DNA of 64,000 bases from Candidatus Helarchaeota archaeon (GTDB lineage Archaea; Asgardarchaeota; Lokiarchaeia; Helarchaeales; RDOG01): contig JAHPZH010000003.1 of assembly GCA_019058315.1 (NCBI GenBank), positions 73,669-137,668 on the forward strand. The letters run 5' to 3'. The notes below the pieces were generated by a model, which saw only the letters and a program-made list of their open reading frames with translations, was not told the DNA's origin and did no database searches. A program made the translations under genes and the position numbers. Shown in pieces: positions 9,804-18,558 of the stretch (positions are counted from its first letter, which is position 1; each line of letters starts with the position of its first letter).

Positions 9804-10610
9804 ATGAGTTTTGAACTAAAACAGAAAATCAAAACAGTTCATAAAATTTTAAACAAAAAAAAAGTATTAGTTGCATTTTCTGGTGGAGTAGATAGTAGTG
9901 TGATTACAAGTTTAGCAAAAGAAGTATGTGAAGAAGTTTTAGCAGTTACGGCAAATTCCAACACATTTCCTGAAGATGAAATTTTAAATGCTGAAAAAGT
10001 AGCAAAAGAATTAGGTATTAAATGGAAGATAATTGAGATAGACGAACTTGCAAATGATAAATTCGCAGAAAATCCTCCTATTAGGTGTTATTATTGTAAA
10101 AAGGAATTGATGAATGAATTATTAAATATTGTACAAGCTGAAAATTTTGATTTAATAATTGATGGAACAAATGCAAGTGATTTACATGATCATAGACCAG
10201 GAATTTTGGCTCTTAAAGAATTAAAAGTAAAATCTCCTTTAGCAGAAGCTGGAATTACAAAAAAAGAAATTCGACAAATCGCTAAAGATCGAGGAATAAG
10301 TGTTTGGCAACGACCTTCAATGGCATGTTTATCTTCAAGATTTCCCTACGGGGAACGAATCACTGCAGAAAAATTAAAAATGGTAGAAAATGCAGAAAGA
10401 TTTATTCGAAATAGTTATGACATTAAAATTTTGAGAGTAAGATATTATAATGGATTAGCAAGAATCGAGGTCGGGAAAGAAGAAATAAAAAGAGTTTTGT
10501 CTGAAAAAAGATTTTATGAAATTTTAAATTATTTAAAAAATTTGGGATTTAAATATGTGACTTTAGATTTAGAAGGGTATCGAACTGGATCTATGAATGA
10601 AATACTTTAA
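9804..10610 (+). CDS. larE: ATP-dependent sulfur transferase LarE family (PP-loop)
   Basis: AFSGGVDS, RCYYCK, DGTNASD...RPG, PSMACLSSRFPYG and LDLEGYRTGSMN motifs. Confidence 0.92.
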   Translation: MSFELKQKIKTVHKILNKKKVLVAFSGGVDSSVITSLAKEVCEEVLAVTANSNTFPEDEILNAEKVAKELGIKWKIIEIDELANDKFAENPPIRCYYCKKELMNELLNIVQAENFDLIIDGTNASDLHDHRPGILALKELKVKSPLAEAGITKKEIRQIAKDRGISVWQRPSMACLSSRFPYGERITAEKLKMVENAERFIRNSYDIKILRVRYYNGLARIEVGKEEIKRVLSEKRFYEILNYLKNLGFKYVTLDLEGYRTGSMNEIL

Positions 10611-10624
10611 TTATGAATAATCGG

Positions 10625-11485
10625 CTAGATTAGTGGTTTTGGAGGTTTGAATTCTCCAATCACAATTTTTGGTGGTTCTTTTTGCATTTCTTTTTCTCGT
10701 AAATCAAGGAGAGTTTGTCCAATTTCTGAAAATGCATAAACGGGTATATTTCTTCCATATTTTTTTCGAGCTTTTTTAGAAATAATATTTCTCATAACTT
10801 TAGAACCACAACCATGAGCGAGATCAAATTGAAGGATAAAAGGAATCAGGTCTTCAGTAATTCCTGTAGTGTGCATTCCACATACTATAGCCTTTGAATC
10901 ATATTCTTTTTCAAAAGCTCGTATTTTAATTATCTCCTTTGCATTAGGCCCTGCTATCGTAACTCCTACTTTCTTATATCCCAATTCAAATGCTTTTTTT
11001 ACTCCAGCAGTTTGATCTAATGTAGCATTTACAGGATCAAGAAGAATTGCTCCAAGATTTTTTAGTCTGGATATCACTTCTGGGATTGGAGATGTTGAGA
11101 TGAGAGCATTCATCGCTATTCCAATTCCTTGGACAATTTTGGGATTATTAGTTATTACTGTTCCTGCTCCATCACATGGTTCAACTACACTGTCAATTAA
11201 CCCAAATTTTAAACCTGTACAAAAAGTTTCAGAGGCCCCATATCCGATTCCATCAAAATCCACAGTTACAGTTCTGTTAGGAGAACATAAATGAAATAAA
11301 AATTTTATCTTTCTCTCAAGATGTTTTTTAACAGTATCACGGGTATGAAATTTTGTCCCGCCCATAAACTCATGAAGAGGACAAAATTTAACAAGTGGAT
11401 CACTTTCAACTGAAATCACTTCTCTTTCACTTACAATTACTCGCGCTTTAGCGATTTCCCAAACATGTCGGTCTTTTTTAACCAA
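10625..11485 (-). CDS. DUF2099 family protein (methanogenesis marker 8-like)
   Basis: DRHV.E....RV, FCPL, GYGASE, CDGAGTVIT.NP.IVQGIG, TSPI.EVI, DQ.AGV and HTTG motifs. Confidence 0.75.
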   Translation of the reverse strand: MVKKDRHVWEIAKARVIVSEREVISVESDPLVKFCPLHEFMGGTKFHTRDTVKKHLERKIKFLFHLCSPNRTVTVDFDGIGYGASETFCTGLKFGLIDSVVEPCDGAGTVITNNPKIVQGIGIAMNALISTSPIPEVISRLKNLGAILLDPVNATLDQTAGVKKAFELGYKKVGVTIAGPNAKEIIKIRAFEKEYDSKAIVCGMHTTGITEDLIPFILQFDLAHGCGSKVMRNIISKKARKKYGRNIPVYAFSEIGQTLLDLREKEMQKEPPKIVIGEFKPPKPLI

Positions 11486-11530
11486 TTATATCCCTTTTTT
11501 AAGCTTTATAAAATGAAAATTATTTAAATT

Positions 11531-11556
11531 ATCACATTGTTATATTACAATGTTAT
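11531..11556. promoter_or_regulatory. Two abutting 13-bp operators (atcacattgttat + attacaatgttat) in the divergent DUF2099 / PP-loop thiolase promoter
   Basis: Both copies match ATNACANTGTWAT. Confidence 0.75.
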
Positions 11557-11600
11557 GTATTGATATTTATTGATTACGATTATTATCAGATGAATGACAA

Positions 11601-12593
11601 ATGACTATCAAAGCACTTGGTTTATTATCTGGCGGATTGGACAGTACATTAGCTATAAAATTAATGTTAGATCAAGGAATTGAAGTCATAGCTTTGAATT
11701 TCTCTTCTCCTTTTTGTCTATGTAATCGTAAAGGCAGATGTGAAGCTGTTGAAGTAGCAAATAAGTTCAAAATACCTATTAAAGTAATATCCAAAGGCGA
11801 GGATTATCTTGATATCATAAAACACCCGAAATTTGGTCGCGGAAAAAATATGAATCCTTGTATTGATTGTAGAATATTCATGTTGAAGAAGGCAAAAATT
11901 TATGCTGAAGAAATTGGTGCTAAATTTATTTTTACGGGAGAAGTTCTAAATCAGCGTCCGATGTCCCAACATCTTAAAGCTTTGAGATTGATAGAGATTC
12001 AGTCAAAGCTGGAAGGAAAAATTTTGAGACCATTATCCGCAAAAATATTACCAAAAACTGAAGCTGAGATGAAAGGTTGGGTCGCTAGGTCAAAAATGTT
12101 AGACATAAAGGGCAGATCTCGAAAAATTCAAATGAAATTAGCAAATGATATAAATCTAGTTGATTATCATTGCCCAGCAGGGGGGTGCTTACTCACATAT
12201 TCCGATTTTTCAATAAAAATTAAAGACCTTATAAATAATAAACCAAAATTCACATTAAAGGACGTTCAATTACTTAAAATTGGAAGACATTTTAGATATG
12301 ATAATAATAAAATCATTGTTGGGAGAAGTTTTTCAGAGAATGAGTTAATAAAATTACAAAAATTTAATGATGATTATCTTTTTGAAGTAATTGGCACTCC
12401 AAGCCCAATCTCAGTATTGCAAGGTCCAAAAAATTCAAATGCAATTAAAGTAACAGCTCAAATTACATTACGATACTCCGATTCAATAGGAGAATCTGTT
12501 GTAAGATATGGACCAAATTTAAGTGAATTTAAAATCATGGTTACGCCTTTAGATAATAGAGAAATTGAGAAATTGAGAATTAACGCAATATAG
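11601..12593 (+). CDS. PP-loop tRNA thiouridine synthase-like (ThiI/MnmA-related) protein with DUF814-like C-terminus
   Basis: LLSGGLDS, NPCIDCR, TGEVLNQRPMSQ, PAGGCLLT and GRHFR motifs. Confidence 0.8.
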   Translation: MTIKALGLLSGGLDSTLAIKLMLDQGIEVIALNFSSPFCLCNRKGRCEAVEVANKFKIPIKVISKGEDYLDIIKHPKFGRGKNMNPCIDCRIFMLKKAKIYAEEIGAKFIFTGEVLNQRPMSQHLKALRLIEIQSKLEGKILRPLSAKILPKTEAEMKGWVARSKMLDIKGRSRKIQMKLANDINLVDYHCPAGGCLLTYSDFSIKIKDLINNKPKFTLKDVQLLKIGRHFRYDNNKIIVGRSFSENELIKLQKFNDDYLFEVIGTPSPISVLQGPKNSNAIKVTAQITLRYSDSIGESVVRYGPNLSEFKIMVTPLDNREIEKLRINAI

Positions 12594-12646
12594 AGTAACA
12601 AATTTAATTTTCTTAATGACTAGAATTTAATCAAAAATATAGTTAT

Positions 12647-13606
12647 TTATATCACAATTCCATTTTCATAATGATGTTTTTCTGGATGTATTTTTTCAAT
12701 AATAGATAGATCAAAAATATCCGATTCATTCAATTTTCTTTCAATATAACCCAACTTCTGAAGCACTGAAACAAATTCCATTGTGGAATTTATATATTCA
12801 GGTGGTAAGGCTGCACAGTATTTTGGTGAAATTTTAAATGTATTTAAAATAAAGTCCAAATTAATGAATTCAACTTCTTTCTCTACAATTTTTGCGATTG
12901 CTCTTGGATTTTGTCGGATTGATGTACAAGCATCCTTATGAAGTATAATAAAACGTTCAACGATTTCACGATAATTGTCAATTAAAAAATCACTTACTAT
13001 TATACCATAACTCGGATTATACGGCCACCAGATTTTAGTTGGAATAACAACCTTAGTAGTTAAATATTGGTTTAAATATACAGGCAATGCTGGAGTCCCA
13101 ACTGCAGCTTCTACAATTTTTTTCTCCATATCGGGTAAAATAAAATCAGTTATGTCATAATTTTTTATTTTAATTTTATCTTCTAATCCAGCTTTTTCAA
13201 TACAATCCCGTAACATTACATCATGAATAGATCCTCTTTTTGGAACACCAATAAATTTGTTCCTAAATTGATTAAAAAAATCTATTATATTATTATCGAC
13301 CTCTTGTATTGATTTAAAATGATCGAATGCAACCATGATTGTGCCTTCGACATGTCCTCCTGCTATACATTTAATATTAGCCCCTTTATCTATTCCAATA
13401 ATGGATGGTGGTAATCCAATATAACCTATATCTAGTTCTTCTTGTAAAAATTTTTTAATTATACTTGGACCAGTTCCATGTAACTCCCATTCAGTTTTAA
13501 TACCTAAAAATTTTTCAACATTATTATTAAACATTAAAGGAAATGATGTATGATAGATGGTTGAGAGAAATGCTATCCGAATTTTCTTTAGATCTTTAAT
13601 AGTCAT
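12647..13606 (-). CDS. SsuA/TauA/NMT1(THI5)-family substrate-binding-fold protein, no evident signal peptide
   Basis: GP.I...LDIGYIGLPP, GGHVEG and GVPKRGSIHDVML motifs. ATG at 13606 has a GGAG RBS and is preferred over 13651. Confidence 0.75.
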   Translation of the reverse strand: MTIKDLKKIRIAFLSTIYHTSFPLMFNNNVEKFLGIKTEWELHGTGPSIIKKFLQEELDIGYIGLPPSIIGIDKGANIKCIAGGHVEGTIMVAFDHFKSIQEVDNNIIDFFNQFRNKFIGVPKRGSIHDVMLRDCIEKAGLEDKIKIKNYDITDFILPDMEKKIVEAAVGTPALPVYLNQYLTTKVVIPTKIWWPYNPSYGIIVSDFLIDNYREIVERFIILHKDACTSIRQNPRAIAKIVEKEVEFINLDFILNTFKISPKYCAALPPEYINSTMEFVSVLQKLGYIERKLNESDIFDLSIIEKIHPEKHHYENGIVI

Positions 13607-13644
13607 AAAAATTCTCCTTAATAACATTAATAATTTATTCAAAT

Positions 13645-13657
13645 ATGACATTGTTAT
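13645..13657. promoter_or_regulatory. Operator atgacattgttat upstream of the binding-protein gene
   Basis: Exact match to ATNACANTGTWAT, about 40 bp upstream of ATG 13606. Confidence 0.7.
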
Positions 13658-13769
13658 ATTAATAATGCTAATAAATTATACGATTATTACTATTAGTAAT
13701 ACTTTCCTTAGGAAATATTACTTATATGCATAACATTTATAAATAATTGCTAATTAGTTTAAGTAATAA

Positions 13770-13782
13770 ATTACATTGTAAT
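13770..13782. promoter_or_regulatory. Operator attacattgtaat upstream of the sulfur-relay operon, downstream of TATA-like tttataaa (13736..13743)
   Basis: Perfect palindrome near the expected transcription start. Confidence 0.75.
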
Positions 13783-13817
13783 AAATTACCAATAGTAATA
13801 ATGGTGATGAAGAAAAA

Positions 13818-15074
13818 ATGTCAAAGAGAATAATTGGATTAGAATGTCCGGAATGTGGTATTATTTACCCACAGGAATTAACTCCCATTTGTAAAGAATG
13901 CTGGGGACCCTTAAAAATAAAATATGATTATGAAATAATAAAAGATAAAATTTCTAAAGAAAAACTAAAAAATCGTCCTTTTAATCAATGGAGATATATT
14001 GAATTATTACCCATTGAGGATTTAACTAAAATAATTTCACTTAATGATGGTGGTACTCCATTAATAAGATGTAAAAATTTAGAGACTGAATTAGGTCTTA
14101 AAGAATTGTATGTAAAAAATGATACCATTAATCCTACTTTATCATTTAAAGATCGTCCTGCATCAGTTGGAATATCTAAATGTAACGAATTAGGTATTAA
14201 TACTGTTGGTTGTGCCTCAACAGGAAATTTAGCCGCATCAACTGCCGCCCATGCCGCTAAAGCTGGGTTTCCTTGCTATATTTTTGTTCCAGCAAACATT
14301 GAGTATTCAAAGATTACACAAACAGCAATTCACGGAGTAAATATTATTGGTGTTAATGGAACATATGATGCTGCAAATCAGTTAGGTATTCTTGCAGCTG
14401 AAGTTTTTAAATGGGGGCTTTTAAATATAAACGTACGTCCCTATTACACGGAGGGCTCAAAAACAATCGCTTTTGAAACTTGTGAACAGTTGAATTGGGA
14501 ATCACCTGATAACATAATCATTCCAATGGGAAGTGGTGCATTATTATGTTCGGTCAATAGAGCTCTAATAGATCTATATAAAATTGGTTTTATTGAGAAA
14601 AATAATATCAAAATTTCAGGAGCCCAACCATCTGGATGCTCCCCAATTGTAACGTCCAAAAATACGAAATCTGATATTTTTCCAATTGAAAATCCAGACA
14701 CCTTAACAAAAAGTTTAGCGATAGGAAATCCAGCTAGCGGTTACGAGGCTATTAATGTAATAAATTCTACAAATGGTTGTGCAATTGCGCCTTCTGATTC
14801 TGAAATCACAGATGCGATAAAACTCTTAGCAAAAAGAGAAGGAATTTATGCGGAACCTGCAGGTGCAATTCCGTTAGCTGCTCTAATAAATTTAATTCAG
14901 TCAGGCGATATTTCCAAAGATGAAAGCGTTGTGTTACTTGTAACAGGAAATGGTTTCAAGGCTCATCAAACAGTAACGAATTTAATTTCAGAAATACCCA
15001 TTATCGAACCAACTTTAGATGCATTAGAGAAATATACAAACAAAAAGGAGGCGATAGCATTTGCCAAAAATTAA
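13818..15074 (+). CDS. thrC: Threonine synthase-like PLP enzyme (fold type II) with N-terminal Zn ribbon
   Basis: CPEC..CKEC, NPTLSFKDR (PLP lysine), ASTGN, EGSKT, PMGSG and EPAG motifs. True substrate uncertain. Confidence 0.8.
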   Translation: MSKRIIGLECPECGIIYPQELTPICKECWGPLKIKYDYEIIKDKISKEKLKNRPFNQWRYIELLPIEDLTKIISLNDGGTPLIRCKNLETELGLKELYVKNDTINPTLSFKDRPASVGISKCNELGINTVGCASTGNLAASTAAHAAKAGFPCYIFVPANIEYSKITQTAIHGVNIIGVNGTYDAANQLGILAAEVFKWGLLNINVRPYYTEGSKTIAFETCEQLNWESPDNIIIPMGSGALLCSVNRALIDLYKIGFIEKNNIKISGAQPSGCSPIVTSKNTKSDIFPIENPDTLTKSLAIGNPASGYEAINVINSTNGCAIAPSDSEITDAIKLLAKREGIYAEPAGAIPLAALINLIQSGDISKDESVVLLVTGNGFKAHQTVTNLISEIPIIEPTLDALEKYTNKKEAIAFAKN

Positions 15075-15345
15075 ATTTGTATTTTTTTCATCGCTCCATG
15101 ATTTAACAAATACAGAGTCAATTGAATTAGAAATAAATGGAACAGTAGAAAAAGCGTTGGAAAAGATTTATGATATTTATGGAGATGTATTTAAAAATAG
15201 AATTTTAGATAAAAATACGGGAAAAATTAAGAAATACGTCATAGTTGCTATTAATCGAAAAGATATTCGCCATCTCAATGGATATGATACAAAATTAAAT
15301 GAAGCAGATGAAATTTCAATACTTCCCGCTGTTGCAGGAGGCTAA
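15061..15345 (+). CDS. MoaD/ThiS/SAMP ubiquitin-like sulfur carrier
   Basis: 94 aa beta-grasp pattern ending ILPAVAGG (free C-terminal GG). Confidence 0.92.
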   Translation: MPKIKFVFFSSLHDLTNTESIELEINGTVEKALEKIYDIYGDVFKNRILDKNTGKIKKYVIVAINRKDIRHLNGYDTKLNEADEISILPAVAGG

Positions 15346-15371
15346 AATCTAAATTTGGTGATTTTTAATAA

Positions 15372-16025
15372 ATGATATCTCTTGAAACTAAAATAAATGA
15401 AATTATAAAGATTTTAGATACCAAATTTTCTCCTGTTGGAGTTAAAATTATACAAAATAATGATCAACATATCGATAATTCTTTTCAAGAAGTGAATGAA
15501 AATAAGAGATTTTGCTATTATGTACGTCAAGCTGCGTTAGGAAAGAAATTTATTATTAAGAATGATAACAAACTTGAGTGTAAGACCCCATATTATTGTT
15601 TAGGATTTAAAGAACCAAAATATGGTAATTTTGATTATAGAATTAGACCAGCTATTACAAAGACTGTTTTAATAGCTCCATTAAATAAATTTAAAATGAA
15701 CGTAGATAGCGTTGTTTTTATTATAAACGCAAAACAGTCAATGCTATTAGTTGATGCTCTACGAAGAATTCAAAAGAAGAAGATACAGGCAACTTTTGGA
15801 GTGTCTATGTCTATTTGTGGGGAAATTGTTGCGAATTCTATTGTGAATAAAACCCCTAGTTTATCTCTTCTTTGTTATGGGGCTCGAATTTATTCCGATT
15901 ATAAAAATAATGAACTTGCTCTAGGAATTCCATTTGTATTGTTTGATTCTATCTATGAAAATTTGAAAAAAATTGAGAAGTTACAGGAATTAGAGGAAGA
16001 ATTAAAAAATTTAGAGGTGAAATAA
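15372..16025 (+). CDS. DUF169 family protein
   Basis: SPVGVK, RFC..V..A, Q.M.L, SICG and SLLCYGAR.Y....NEL..GIP motifs. Confidence 0.75.
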   Translation: MISLETKINEIIKILDTKFSPVGVKIIQNNDQHIDNSFQEVNENKRFCYYVRQAALGKKFIIKNDNKLECKTPYYCLGFKEPKYGNFDYRIRPAITKTVLIAPLNKFKMNVDSVVFIINAKQSMLLVDALRRIQKKKIQATFGVSMSICGEIVANSIVNKTPSLSLLCYGARIYSDYKNNELALGIPFVLFDSIYENLKKIEKLQELEEELKNLEVK

Positions 16026-16834
16026 TGTTTGGGTTTACAGAAGAAGAAATAAGAAGATATAGCCGTCAAATTGTATTAAAAGGTGTAGGAGGAGTAGGCC
16101 AGAAAAAATTAAGAGAATCATCAGTTCTTGTAGTAGGAGCTGGTGGTCTTGGTTGTCCTGCTGCTTTTTATCTGACAGCTGCAGGGGTTGGAAAATTAGG
16201 AATTCTAGATTTCGATGTTGTAGATATAAGTAATTTACAAAGACAAATATTACATTTTACTAAAGATGTTGGAAAGCCAAAGGTAATTTCAGCTGCAGAA
16301 AAATTAAGAGAATTAAACCCAAATATTACTATTGACACTATTCAAACTCAATTGACTCCCAAAAATGCAAGGGAAATAATAAAACCTTATGATTATGTTA
16401 TTGATGGATCTGATAATTTTGCGACAAAGTATATTATAAATGATGCTTGTATTATAGAAGATATTCCATTCACAATGGCAGGGATTTTAGCTTTTAATGG
16501 TCAAATTATGACAGTAATCCCTAAAAAATCTGCATGTTACCGTTGTGCTTATTCTGATCCTCCACCCCCAGGAGTAGTCCCAAGTTGTTCACAAGCGGGA
16601 GTTTTTGGAGCAATACCAGGTATTGTTGGATCTATTCAGACTAGTGAGGCAATTAAATATCTACTTGGTTTTGGGGAACTTCTAACTAATAAGATATTAG
16701 TGGTTGATATAGGAAGTTTGATATTTCAATTAGTTACAGTGAAAAAGAGTGATGATTGTAAAGCATGTGGTAATGTTCCTGAAGATCTTTTAAATGTTTT
16801 TGATTATTATCAAGGAGAATCATGTGAAATATAA
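16025..16834 (+). CDS. moeB: MoeB/ThiF/UbaA E1-like adenylyltransferase
   Basis: RYSRQ, GAGGLG, SNLQRQ, DGSDNF, CYRC, PSCSQAGV and CKAC motifs. Confidence 0.92.
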   Translation: MFGFTEEEIRRYSRQIVLKGVGGVGQKKLRESSVLVVGAGGLGCPAAFYLTAAGVGKLGILDFDVVDISNLQRQILHFTKDVGKPKVISAAEKLRELNPNITIDTIQTQLTPKNAREIIKPYDYVIDGSDNFATKYIINDACIIEDIPFTMAGILAFNGQIMTVIPKKSACYRCAYSDPPPPGVVPSCSQAGVFGAIPGIVGSIQTSEAIKYLLGFGELLTNKILVVDIGSLIFQLVTVKKSDDCKACGNVPEDLLNVFDYYQGESCEI

Positions 16835-16840
16835 AATTAG

Positions 16841-17086
16841 GTGATTAAAATTACAAAAAATGATATTAGGAAAATAGATTTAAAGGGTGAGGTTTGTCCA
16901 TATACGTTTGTTTTGACCAAACTAAATCTGGAGGAAATGCAACCAAATCAGATTTTAGAAGTGATTGTTGATTATCCACCAGCGGCTGAGAATATACCTC
17001 GCAGTATAAAAGATCAAAATTTAGGTGAAGTTTTGAGTGTAGATAAATTAAGTAACGTAGAATGGAGAATCAAGATAAAAAAATAA
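16841..17086 (+). CDS. tusA: TusA/SirA family sulfurtransferase
   Basis: IDLKGEVCPY motif, 81 aa. Confidence 0.88.
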   Translation: MIKITKNDIRKIDLKGEVCPYTFVLTKLNLEEMQPNQILEVIVDYPPAAENIPRSIKDQNLGEVLSVDKLSNVEWRIKIKK

Positions 17087-17119
17087 CAAACAAGATGAAA
17101 TATTGAAAAAAATAAAATA

Positions 17120-17449
17120 TTGGAGAGTGATGAGATGGCAAATGTGTTAATAATAATATCAAAAGAAAAATACCAATCTAACAAGACTCAGTTAGCTATA
17201 GAAATTTCAAAAAATATTCAAAATAAAGGGAATTCTACAACAGTTTATCTTGTTGAAGATGGCGTGTATTTAGGTTGGGACAGTAGTATCAATGATTTAA
17301 TTAAAACAGGTATAATTGTGAAGGCTGACGAGTGGGATCTAAAAGCCAGAGGATTAAAAGGAAAGATTAATGAAAAAATTGAGATTAAAACTCCTAATGA
17401 TCTTTTTAACGAAGTAGCTGAGAATAGTGATAAGGTTTTATGGTTTTAG
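17120..17449 (+). CDS. DsrH/TusB-like sulfur relay subunit
   Basis: YLVEDGVY and DLKARG motifs. No cysteine. Confidence 0.75.
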   Translation: MESDEMANVLIIISKEKYQSNKTQLAIEISKNIQNKGNSTTVYLVEDGVYLGWDSSINDLIKTGIIVKADEWDLKARGLKGKINEKIEIKTPNDLFNEVAENSDKVLWF

Positions 17450-17460
17450 GAGGTAAATAT

Positions 17461-17856
17461 ATGGTAAAAACTTTAACATTTATTGTGACAAAAGGTCCTT
17501 ATTCCTCTGAAATTCCTTATACAGTCTTAAAACTAGTTAAAGCAGCTCGAAAAAAAAATGTGAATATTAATCTTTTCTTCTATCTTGATGGGACATTTAT
17601 TAGCCACCACAAACAATCTCCTGGTGATTACCCCAATGTTCAATATATAACCCATGATTTATTGAAAAAAGGTCTTTTAAATCCCAAAATAGATGCGATC
17701 GCATGCATTAAATGTACCCATGCTAGAGGAATTACACATGGAGACGATTCATTTAAAGAAGGTTCTGCTTACACATATGAAGGAGTTATTATTGGGGGAT
17801 TAGGCGATTTAGCAATCTGGCTTAAAAATAGTGATAAAACCATATTAATTAGTTAG
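17461..17856 (+). CDS. DsrE/TusD-like sulfur relay subunit
   Basis: GPYSSE, FFYLDG, ACIKCTHARGI and IGGLGDL motifs. GGAGG RBS before ATG 17461. Confidence 0.82.
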   Translation: MVKTLTFIVTKGPYSSEIPYTVLKLVKAARKKNVNINLFFYLDGTFISHHKQSPGDYPNVQYITHDLLKKGLLNPKIDAIACIKCTHARGITHGDDSFKEGSAYTYEGVIIGGLGDLAIWLKNSDKTILIS

Positions 17857-17867
17857 GAGATGATTTT

Positions 17868-18242
17868 TTGACAAAAGTGATTATAATCATAACAGATCCG
17901 CCTTATGGGGTAGAGAATGCTTATGGATTCTTGGCGGCTGCAGGAGCTTTAGCCACTATTCATGACACAAGTGTCATTTTTTCAGAAGCAGGAGTACTAA
18001 ATTCTCTTAAAAATCAAGATACTTCAGATTTCATTGAACTGGATAAAAAATATTTGGATATACCATCTCATGAATCAAAAATAAAGGAATTCAAAGAATT
18101 AGATATCCGATTTTTTGTTCATAAGGAGGCTTTAGATATACGAGGAATAAAAGATGGTGATATTATAGAAGATATAGAGAAACTATCAATCGATCAGATA
18201 ACGGACAAAATACTTGACAGTGATCAGGTGCTAATTATATAA
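17868..18242 (+). CDS. DsrF/TusC-like sulfur relay subunit
   Basis: PPYG.E.A, F...GV...LKNQ and AL..RGI motifs. Confidence 0.78.
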   Translation: MTKVIIIITDPPYGVENAYGFLAAAGALATIHDTSVIFSEAGVLNSLKNQDTSDFIELDKKYLDIPSHESKIKEFKELDIRFFVHKEALDIRGIKDGDIIEDIEKLSIDQITDKILDSDQVLII

Positions 18243-18254
18243 TTTTTTTACTAG

Positions 18255-18506
18255 TTGATAAAAATGGTAACAAAGAACTTAGAAGTAAGTCTAATTATTG
18301 ATTCTCAAGGAAAAATTTGCCCCTATCCCCTAATTGAAGTAAAAAAAGCAATAAAGAAGTTATCATCTGGTGAAATATTAAAATTAATTACAACAGATCC
18401 TATATGTCCTGATAATGTTGATTCATGGTGTGAAACTACTGGAAATACTTTGATTCGAGTCGATAATCACGGAGATAAAATTGATATTTACGTAAAAAAA
18501 GGTTGA
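18255..18506 (+). CDS. tusA: TusA/SirA family sulfurtransferase (second copy)
   Basis: DSQGKICPYP, TTDP and WC..TGN motifs. Start may be ATG 18264. Confidence 0.88.
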   Translation: MIKMVTKNLEVSLIIDSQGKICPYPLIEVKKAIKKLSSGEILKLITTDPICPDNVDSWCETTGNTLIRVDNHGDKIDIYVKKG

Positions 18507-18558
18507 TAGATTGTTGTGATTTTTCATTATAAGCTATTTTGAATTTTGAGCGAATTTT

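Noticed and set aside
13607-13651. Longer N-terminus (MSYLNKLLMLLRRIF) of the binding protein as a signal peptide
   Set aside because: It overlaps the operator and promoter region and lacks a proper hydrophobic core. ATG 13606 has a clear GGAG RBS.
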